From Candidatus Baldrarchaeum yapensis (lineage in GTDB: Archaea; Asgardarchaeota; Baldrarchaeia; Baldrarchaeales; Baldrarchaeaceae), in contig JAEOSH010000003.1 in the NCBI GenBank assembly GCA_016840465.1, positions 1 to 32,000 of the forward strand: a DNA stretch of 32,000 nucleotides, written 5' to 3'. Both the position numbers and the translations under genes were made by a program. Shown piece after piece: positions 1-7,464 of this stretch. The stretch's first letter is position 1, and every line of letters starts with the position of its first letter. Below the pieces are notes generated by a model. It was not told the DNA's origin. It was given only the letters and a program-made list of their open reading frames with translations, and made no database searches.

Positions 1-294
1 TTGGAGATCTGCATCCATTACTCCAAGCACTTTACCTCTAGCGATCTTGAATCCATCAACTACTGCGGATCCCAGCCCTCTTTTGTTAATTCGCCTGAGG
101 ACCCGGACGGGATATATTGAGGAGAGTTTTTCGGCTACTTCCCAGGTTCTGTCAGGGCTGTCATCGTCTACGATTATAACTTCGTAATCGATGGTGTGGA
201 GAGCGGAGTGGATCCTTGCTAGGAGTTTAGGGATGTTATCTCGCTCGTTATAGGTGGGTATTATGATCGAGAGAAGTGGAGGCTTGTCGTTCAT
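1..294 (-). CDS. Glycosyltransferase family 2, dolichol-phosphate mannosyltransferase (DPM1)-like; truncated by window edge
   Basis: Not in the ORF track. Manual translation from ATG at 294: MNDKPPLLSIIIPTYNERDNI...VIIVDDDSPDRTWEVAE...RGLGSAVVDGFKIARGKVLGVMDADLQ. Contains the PTYNE, VDDxSPD and DADLQ motifs typical of DPM1-like GT2. Confidence 0.9.
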   Translation of the reverse strand, partial: MNDKPPLLSIIIPTYNERDNIPKLLARIHSALHTIDYEVIIVDDDSPDRTWEVAEKLSSIYPVRVLRRINKRGLGSAVVDGFKIARGKVLGVMDADLQ

Positions 295-443
295 GTGATA
301 TCCTCTCACGCTGGAGTGTGAATATATGTGTTTTTTCTCTACAAAAAGTTTCTGGGAGGCGGATAGAGTATATTAGTAAGTTTTATTAATTGCGTGTGGT
401 CAGAGGAATTGCGACTAGGAGAACAGGTATTAGGGTGTTTTTT

Positions 444-551
444 ATGGGACACCTGTGGGGCGTAAAGGCGAAGCGACACGGGATGCGAAGGAAGTGGTTG
501 AAGAAACGTAGGAAGAGGTTGAAGAGGCAACTGAGAAGAAAACAACAATAA
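444..551 (+). CDS. rpl41e: Ribosomal protein eL41 (L41e / eS32)
   Basis: Manual translation MGHLWGVKAKRHGMRRKWLKKRRKRLKRQLRRKQQ*. The MRxKWxKKRxxRLKR core is the L41e signature. SD-like GGGTG lies 6 nt upstream of ATG 444. An alternative start at ATG 483 would give 22 aa. Confidence 0.82.
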   Translation: MGHLWGVKAKRHGMRRKWLKKRRKRLKRQLRRKQQ

Positions 552-859
552 CGGCACCAGTCGTTATTATCACGCGCGTGCTGAACAGCGGATGTGCGTC
601 TTCCATTTTCTACACGAGTTTGCGTATTTGATGCTACAATTACAGCGTATTAATTTTAATTTAGTGGTGTGCATAATTTAGATTGGGTGCATGTGGTTTC
701 CAGCAATCTACTGATTTCGCGGGTGCGGCCCTCAGTTGTGAGATCTGCGTTATGTGAGGTGATATAAAAGCGTTATCTTTAGAAGCGGATAATGATATTA
801 AAGAACTGTGGTTAAGGGGTGAGATACTTAGGAAGTTATGATATGCTTCGAGAGGGACG

Positions 860-3800
860 GTGCAACCATTGTCAAGTGCTATAAGACGGGTTTTCGAACT
901 TGCAAATGAGGTTTTAGACAAATTATCAGTTCCGGCGGGATTTGAGGAGAGCATGCAGCGTCTATTGGACACATCGGTGAGAATATCGAAACTCAGGGAG
1001 GAATTGAAAAGCACATCTGCGTTGCGTAGGCGGCGGAGGAAGGAACTTGAAAAAAATATAAGGGATTTCGAGGAAAACGCAGAGGATCTTGCAAGACACT
1101 TACTCGATGAGAGTGAGCGGATAATAATTTCAGAGGTAAATGAACTGAAGGCGTTTGCCGGGAAGTTTATTGATGTGTTGAGCGAGGGGTCAAAAAGGGC
1201 AATCCAAGAATTATCGGAAAGGCCGCCCATTGGAGATCTTGAAATGAGGGCGGAGCAGGATCTACGAAATCTAAGGGCACTGTATAATGCTTATAACCTT
1301 GTCAAGAATGATATTAAGACGTGGATATCGAAGAATAGGGATTTTCTCAGCGATGAGGTCCACCTTGTGAGGGAATTAAGTGAAATATTGTCGCTGGGGC
1401 ATGATGTTAGCGAGGAGGCCGTAAACCGCCTAAAGGGGTTAATCGAAGAATTGGACAAATCATCGAAAATAGATATTGCAACGTTGGAAAGCGTTGGGAG
1501 CGATGCGCGAAAAATAATAGATGAGTTAAAGAGGAGGATATCAAACTTCGCAAGAGCGATACGCCAAGAGTTGACTTCATGGAACGATAAAATAAGTGAG
1601 ATATCCTCTAAGATCGGTGCAGATGGATTAAGAGTCCCTCCTCATCCTCAACTTGTTGCGAATAGTCCAGATACGTATTCCGATATTGGCTCGTATCTCA
1701 GAGACGCGTTGTCTGACGCGAGAGCCCTAAGTAGGTACGAATCGGAGCTTAAGAGGATAATACTGGACAGAATATTATCGATACATAAGAGGAACAGAGT
1801 TCTCTACGAAACCTTCAGGAAGTATGTTGAAGTGGAGAGTCTAAAGCTATCGTACACCTTAAAGGAGCCTCCTGGGCCGGATTCGAGGCTAGATGAACTC
1901 TATGCGGTATTTGAGGGCTTAAGGGGTGAGGAGGAGTACCTTTCGAAGGTGGGTGCACGTGCCTTCAGTAGCCTGAAGAGCGAGTTGCAGTCGAAAATAT
2001 TAAGATTATCCACACAAATGAATCTCGCGCGTGAGCACGACGTGGAAATTCCTGATGAAATATCAACGAGACTGGAAACGCTATCAGCACATTTGGAAAG
2101 GGTGAAGGATGTAGAGGATATACTTACGCTTGAGAAGGAAATATCTCTCGTTGAAGGCGGTCTCAGAGATGCTGTTAGGAATTACGCTTTGGAGGAAAGA
2201 GGACGACTACTCTCGATGATATCAGGAATTCCGTCTCTTGCCGAACCTCCCGAGATAACGGGAACGACGGTCGAGGAATTCATAAGAGGACTTCACTCCC
2301 TGAGAAGGTGGGCTAGTGATGCAATTCATACGCTGAAAATGGAGATCGAGGGAATAATTGCTGAGATGAGGAGAGGTCTCGATACTCTGAAGGGAACAGA
2401 GTGGTACGACGAGGAGGTTGAGAGAGAGGTTAATTCTCTGACGGCGCATTTGGAGGAGATAAAGAGTTTCGAGGACGCCGTTGAAACGTATCGGAGGGCG
2501 CGTAGTTTATTGAAGAATGCAAGTGAGAAGCTTTTGATGATAATAGATTCGATGAGGAGGGACTTCCTTGAGGTTCTGAAGATAGCCGAAGAATTATCAG
2601 CGGAGATGCCGATAACGGTGGTGGTTCCTTCGATAACCGAGATAAAGGCGTCATATTCGGAAATTGCGAAAATGATAATAGATCTGAGCAAGAAGGTTGA
2701 GCAAAGGGACAAGGTTCTAAGGGATACTCTTATAGAGAACCTGAACAGGATTAGAGACAAAATAGAGGGGGTTCCACAAAGGTACTTTGAATTCTTCAAG
2801 CCATTACTTGAGGTAATTGACGATTGCATTAAGAAACTATCGCAGGCAAAGACGGTAATAGAAATCCGGGAGCTCTATACGAGAACGATAAAGGATCTTT
2901 CTCGTGCGTTGCAGGAAAGCTTTTCTGCAATGAAGTCGAACGTACTATTGAAAGTCAGAATGGTATGTTTGAAGTTGAGAAACCCGCCGGATCTCAGTGA
3001 AAGTTTCGAGGCGATTAATAGGACGTCCGTTGAGCAGTGGGAGTTGCCGTCAGCGGTTTACGAGATCGATACCATTTATAGGAAGAAAATACTGCCCGTG
3101 CTTAGGGATCGCGTGATATCCGAGGCCGAGAAGTATGTCAAAATGTTGGAAGGGCTCAAGGCTTACGGGATAGATGTTCACGAGTTTCTGGTATCGATAA
3201 ATGAAACTCTGAGGAGCGTTAAAGAAAAGGAGATGATAGATGCGCAAGATTTGAGCAAGGCATGCGAGAAAATAAATAAGATAGTCACTGATAAGAAACT
3301 CCGTTCGGTGATAACGGAGTGGGCGAAATCAATGGTATCCGCACTCGAGAGATCACATCCATACATTTCTGAGTATGAGGAGGTAAGCCCGGAGTTCGCA
3401 CACAGGTTTGCAGACGCCATATCTGAAATAAGGCATCAGGTTAACATGTTCGACTCGATGGACATGGAGAGGATATCGGAGGTCGTGTCAGAGATTAATG
3501 ATTTTTGGAACGTGACCCGTAGCTTCATATTAGAAATAGAGGAGCGCAAATCCAAAGAGTTGGAGGAAGAGTTACGTAAGATGCCGTATTATGACACAGT
3601 AACTGGAGTTTATAATGCCAATAGGAAGATATTTGATGAGAAGATTTTCCCGCTGTCAAAGATCCAGGAGATAAAGGAAAAGATAAGGGAAACACAGGGT
3701 CCCGAAGTTCTCGAGTTGATAAGGGAGAAGAGGGAATTAGAGGAGGAATGGGGCAAGAAGGTTCCGGAAATAATTACATGGCATAAGGCAGTGAGAGTTT

Positions 3801-3949
3801 TTCTTTCCGGTGTTGGCATACTCGATAGTGAGGAGGTAAAGGAGCGTCGCATGCAAGAAATATTTGAGAAGATAGATAGAATATTTAAGAGGGAGGATGT
3901 GCGGACGTATCTCAAGCTTGCGATCCGCACGCTCCTAGGAGGTAGATAA
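860..3949 (+). CDS. Large all-helical coiled-coil/helical-repeat protein (1029 aa), function unknown
   Basis: Long ORF with a GTG start. E/K/R/L/I-rich amphipathic helices broken by short Pro linkers. No P-loop, transmembrane segment or signal peptide seen. Stop is 2 nt before the tubulin-family gene. Confidence 0.85.
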   Translation: MQPLSSAIRRVFELANEVLDKLSVPAGFEESMQRLLDTSVRISKLREELKSTSALRRRRRKELEKNIRDFEENAEDLARHLLDESERIIISEVNELKAFAGKFIDVLSEGSKRAIQELSERPPIGDLEMRAEQDLRNLRALYNAYNLVKNDIKTWISKNRDFLSDEVHLVRELSEILSLGHDVSEEAVNRLKGLIEELDKSSKIDIATLESVGSDARKIIDELKRRISNFARAIRQELTSWNDKISEISSKIGADGLRVPPHPQLVANSPDTYSDIGSYLRDALSDARALSRYESELKRIILDRILSIHKRNRVLYETFRKYVEVESLKLSYTLKEPPGPDSRLDELYAVFEGLRGEEEYLSKVGARAFSSLKSELQSKILRLSTQMNLAREHDVEIPDEISTRLETLSAHLERVKDVEDILTLEKEISLVEGGLRDAVRNYALEERGRLLSMISGIPSLAEPPEITGTTVEEFIRGLHSLRRWASDAIHTLKMEIEGIIAEMRRGLDTLKGTEWYDEEVEREVNSLTAHLEEIKSFEDAVETYRRARSLLKNASEKLLMIIDSMRRDFLEVLKIAEELSAEMPITVVVPSITEIKASYSEIAKMIIDLSKKVEQRDKVLRDTLIENLNRIRDKIEGVPQRYFEFFKPLLEVIDDCIKKLSQAKTVIEIRELYTRTIKDLSRALQESFSAMKSNVLLKVRMVCLKLRNPPDLSESFEAINRTSVEQWELPSAVYEIDTIYRKKILPVLRDRVISEAEKYVKMLEGLKAYGIDVHEFLVSINETLRSVKEKEMIDAQDLSKACEKINKIVTDKKLRSVITEWAKSMVSALERSHPYISEYEEVSPEFAHRFADAISEIRHQVNMFDSMDMERISEVVSEINDFWNVTRSFILEIEERKSKELEEELRKMPYYDTVTGVYNANRKIFDEKIFPLSKIQEIKEKIRETQGPEVLELIREKRELEEEWGKKVPEIITWHKAVRVFLSGVGILDSEEVKERRMQEIFEKIDRIFKREDVRTYLKLAIRTLLGGR

Positions 3950-3951
3950 AG

Positions 3952-5331
3952 TTGGAGGAAATGGAAGAAAAGGTTCCGGCCTCTAGTGTTTTCCTGCTCG
4001 GAGTTGGAGAATGTGGGGGGAACCTCCTCGGTGAATATATAAACGCGGAGAGAGAAAGGGGGAGAATGACGCGGGTTTCTGGATACTTGTTGCTCAACAC
4101 GAACCAGATGGATGTCATCAAGGCACGGGAGCGGTATCACATCCCCCCGGAGAACACGTTGATATTCGGCGATACGCCGATGGGGGTCGGAGGAAGATTC
4201 ATGGAGGCGTATAGTCTCGTTGACACGTGGTGGGATACGATAGCAGATCAAATTTCGAGTTTGGGCGGTGATGTTGCAAACACGTTCATAATTCTCACCT
4301 CCACGGGAGGGGGGACCGGTTGCGGGGCGACACCAGCGCTCATCAGGCAGATCAAGGAGACGTTTGGGAAAACCCGTAGGGTATACGTTTATGTTGCCGC
4401 GGTTCTCCCATTCGAGGGACAGAGTAGTGAGGCTCTTAACACAACTTGGTTACTGTACAAACTCATGCAGGAGCCCACATCGTCCAAGGAGATTGCCGAT
4501 CTCGTAATTCTCCTCTCGAATAGAACTATGCTTAGAAGAAGGTTGCAACACGACCGAAGGCTCGTGATGGACATCATCGGAGCGAGTCTGGGAGTCGATA
4601 CGAGTGATTATCAGCAGATAGAGAAGGTGTTAAAGTACACCGGAGAGGTAAGTAGCAAGGCTCTCGAGAAAACTTTCATAGACATAGTGAATCCGCTCAT
4701 TGTGCAAACACTGATAAAAATGCTTGAACTCTCAACATATGCTCCTGACAAGAACATATTCCCGACAATAGACTTTGCAGATTTAGCAAACAGATTAGAC
4801 ATAATAACGGTTCCCGCTCTCTTTACAGATATTCCATATGAAGCCCTCAAGGACGAGCGTGGAAATGTCGACATGGATTCTCTATCGGCGTTCTTGGAGG
4901 AGGTGGTGAACGTCACCGTGAGGGCGTACAGTTTGGTCGACATTGGGGACGAGCCCTCGGCGTCCAGCGCCTTCTACATACTTAGTGGACCACAACAGTT
5001 TACGGACGTACACCTAGATATTCCAATAAAACGGGCATTAGGGTCTTACTTAGCAGAAGGTGCGTCGATAACTCCTGTTTTTGTACAGTACAAGCAAAGG
5101 AACATGCCTATGGATCTACTCATACTGCTAGGATTACCAAAGCTCGAGGAGATCAGAGAAATTATGCGTGAGGCCTACCAACTCATATCATTGCACAGCG
5201 GGAGTAAGGTCAAGGAACGGTGGTTCCTTAAGAGCAAGGGGGTCTCTAGGGAAGTCTTCATAGATGCTTTGAGAGAACTCATGGAGTTGTTCGACGTTGA
5301 GGAATCAGAGATCGAACTTTCAGGAACATGA
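3952..5331 (+). CDS. Divergent FtsZ/tubulin-superfamily GTPase
   Basis: T1 GVGECGGN, NTN, T3 GVGG, T4 signature GGGTGCG (4306-4326), VLPFE, T7 IDFADL (D at 4771). TTG start has GGAGGT 7 nt upstream; ATG 3961 is an alternative start. Confidence 0.92.
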   Translation: MEEMEEKVPASSVFLLGVGECGGNLLGEYINAERERGRMTRVSGYLLLNTNQMDVIKARERYHIPPENTLIFGDTPMGVGGRFMEAYSLVDTWWDTIADQISSLGGDVANTFIILTSTGGGTGCGATPALIRQIKETFGKTRRVYVYVAAVLPFEGQSSEALNTTWLLYKLMQEPTSSKEIADLVILLSNRTMLRRRLQHDRRLVMDIIGASLGVDTSDYQQIEKVLKYTGEVSSKALEKTFIDIVNPLIVQTLIKMLELSTYAPDKNIFPTIDFADLANRLDIITVPALFTDIPYEALKDERGNVDMDSLSAFLEEVVNVTVRAYSLVDIGDEPSASSAFYILSGPQQFTDVHLDIPIKRALGSYLAEGASITPVFVQYKQRNMPMDLLILLGLPKLEEIREIMREAYQLISLHSGSKVKERWFLKSKGVSREVFIDALRELMELFDVEESEIELSGT

Positions 5332-5368
5332 GCGGGAAAGGGAGATATTAACCCTTTTTATTAGCTAT

Positions 5369-6178
5369 ATGACTTCTATTCTTGAGTTACAGGAGCGAAT
5401 AGTGGCTTTGATATCCAGTATAGTGGAAAAGCCGGAGGAAAATGAACAAATAAAGGAACTTGCAAACTCGATTCTGAAGGAAATATCCGATTTGAGGGAG
5501 AAAGTAAGCAAAGAATTTGAGAGAATTAGACCATCAGAGAGAGAGGAAAGAGAAGAGATTGCAGAAGAAAAGGTCGTGGAAGAGGATCCTTGGGGCATTA
5601 TATTATCAACTGAGGCTCTGATTAGGAAAGTATCTAGCACCCATGATGTTCTCCTCCCAAAGGCCCTATTATGCGTGATAAAAGAGCTGCATGCTGCTCA
5701 AACACCGGAAGATTTGCGAAATAATGTCGTGAGGCATGTCTGTATAGAGTTAAGGGACATAATTCATGAAATGCTGACTCGTGAGCCATACGTCGGTTTG
5801 CTAAAGGCCATAAAGGGAAAAGATGAGGAGGAACTTCTGGAGGAGGATGTTTCGAATCTTAGAAGGTTGGTGGAAGGGTTCCTGAGGGGTATCAGTGACA
5901 GATTCAAGGATCCTGAAAGCGGATGGAAAAACAGTCTGCTTGCCGCGCGCTTTTCCTTAGATGTTTTTGATTGGGGTGGTCCTTCTGTAGAAAAACGCTT
6001 TTTGCATCTGTTTTATCAGCGTATGAAGAACCTATTGCAAAGGGTGGAAAAAACAGAAAACATAAGAGATAAGATTTTAAACGCCGAACTTGCGATTTTC
6101 TTAGGAAATCTTGTGAGATATTTTATTGATTCTAAGCGATTTAGGGAAAGGCTGGAGAGGATGAAGCGCGCCTTATAG
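5369..6178 (+). CDS. Hypothetical all-alpha protein (about 269 aa)
   Basis: The ORF track starts at TTG 5297, overlapping the upstream gene by 35 nt; ATG 5369 avoids the overlap. N-terminal helical hairpin, acidic/basic linker, helical C-terminal domain. No recognised motif. Confidence 0.72.
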   Translation: MTSILELQERIVALISSIVEKPEENEQIKELANSILKEISDLREKVSKEFERIRPSEREEREEIAEEKVVEEDPWGIILSTEALIRKVSSTHDVLLPKALLCVIKELHAAQTPEDLRNNVVRHVCIELRDIIHEMLTREPYVGLLKAIKGKDEEELLEEDVSNLRRLVEGFLRGISDRFKDPESGWKNSLLAARFSLDVFDWGGPSVEKRFLHLFYQRMKNLLQRVEKTENIRDKILNAELAIFLGNLVRYFIDSKRFRERLERMKRAL

Positions 6179-6180
6179 CG

Positions 6181-7464
6181 TTATAATTTCTCCAAATATC
6201 GTACTATGGATCCGTACGGTATTTCGACCTTATTGCCCCTTCTTGTGTAGGAAAATACTGGAACTCCGACCTTGTTGAACAAATCGGCGTACTTGTTGTT
6301 AACGAGTAAGATTATAGGAACTCCGTTCTTTCTTAGAAGGTCTATTTGAGCAGTTTTCTTTGAAAGATATTCCCTCCGCCAGAAGCCTATTATTTCGACG
6401 AAAACTCTTTTGTTGTCTCTTTGGAGGAGAAAGTCAGGCACTATCATCATACCTTCGAAAACGAGGGGCATCGGTTCACGTATGATCGTCCATCCCTTGG
6501 GTTTATTTGCGTGGAATGCCCAATAGAACTGTTTCTCTACTTGGCTGTCGAACATGCTTTCTTTCACCGCATACTTTTCAGGCACTTTGATGTAAGGAAG
6601 GGTTCTCCTATCTGCCTCATAGAAGTACTGCTTCTTGCCTATCACGAGATCCATGTGAAGTCTTAAGATATTAGCTTTCATCTTTTCACACACCGAAAAG
6701 GTGGAGAACAGCGCATAACTTAATGGCTTTCCAAATCGTGTGGCCCTTCCGAATAATTCTCGTGGACCGTAATACTTTATTTCGACCGCCTGACCACGCA
6801 CGAAGAGGTCACACAACACCGAGTACCTTTTTGCCAGCTTAATTGCAATTCTTGCAATTCTTCCCAACTCCTTAGATTCCACCGCTAGTGATATGCTTTT
6901 GGAATTTGACACCAAGGTCTCGATAGCTTCAAAATTATAAACACCAATGAGGTCGAGTACCGTCGGCTTTTTCTCATCTCGAGTAAGTACTAGGTTTGTA
7001 TCCTCATCTGCCCAGAGAATTTTCTCCAAGTCCTCAATAGGTATCCCCATTTCCTCGGAAAATTCTTTTAACGCGGTTGTACGCATGTGAGATGGCACGA
7101 ACCCCCCATACCGCTTGTTTATCCATTCAAATAACAACTGTCGTAGGTCTGCCGGACTATCGATTTTTTTGCTCTTAAGCACGGCTATCGTTTCTTGTCT
7201 TACATTTTTTAAAATATCAGGTTTTTCGAGTCTGTAAATTTTCAATAGCGCGTGAATGATCCCCCTCCCTATTCTCCTATCATCGAATAGATTCTCAATC
7301 AACTGAAGCGGGACCTCCTCTATTCTTTTTCCCAGATTTTCTTCGAATATCTGTATGGCGAGTGACAACTCGTTTTCAAAACTCATATCGAGGAAAAACG
7401 GAAATATTTGCTTCTTGAAGGTCTTATAACACAAATTCGAAAGTCCGAGCCCCATCTTATGCAT
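6181..7464 (-). CDS. bax1: Bax1 / DUF790 nuclease, partner of XPB
   Basis: C-terminal FDSQVEKQF...REP...VPDFLL...FVEIIGFW resembles the DUF790 PD-(D/E)xK-type nuclease motif. Overlaps the xpb stop by 8 nt. Confidence 0.85.
   Translation of the reverse strand: MHKMGLGLSNLCYKTFKKQIFPFFLDMSFENELSLAIQIFEENLGKRIEEVPLQLIENLFDDRRIGRGIIHALLKIYRLEKPDILKNVRQETIAVLKSKKIDSPADLRQLLFEWINKRYGGFVPSHMRTTALKEFSEEMGIPIEDLEKILWADEDTNLVLTRDEKKPTVLDLIGVYNFEAIETLVSNSKSISLAVESKELGRIARIAIKLAKRYSVLCDLFVRGQAVEIKYYGPRELFGRATRFGKPLSYALFSTFSVCEKMKANILRLHMDLVIGKKQYFYEADRRTLPYIKVPEKYAVKESMFDSQVEKQFYWAFHANKPKGWTIIREPMPLVFEGMMIVPDFLLQRDNKRVFVEIIGFWRREYLSKKTAQIDLLRKNGVPIILLVNNKYADLFNKVGVPVFSYTRRGNKVEIPYGSIVRYLEKL

Noticed and set aside
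339-557. 72-aa minus-strand ORF in the track
   Set aside because: Antisense shadow of the eL41 gene; the Leu/Pro/Ser-rich composition mirrors the purine-rich + strand.
661-1230. 189-aa minus-strand ORF, and similar antisense ORFs (e.g. 2326-2829, 3610-4251, 7518-7991, 8994-9452, 29685-30182)
   Set aside because: They lie opposite well-supported genes, are Ser/Phe/Leu-rich as expected for reverse complements of E/K-rich genes, and have no motifs.
860-3949. SMC/Rad50 or dynamin assignment for the 1029-aa protein
   Set aside because: No Walker A/B, signature motif, hinge or zinc-hook CxxC seen.
860-6178. Interpretation as a TubZRC plasmid/phage partition cassette or an integrated element
   Set aside because: No small TubR-like DNA-binding gene, no iteron array, and no integrase, att repeats or tRNA; the flanks are core genes.
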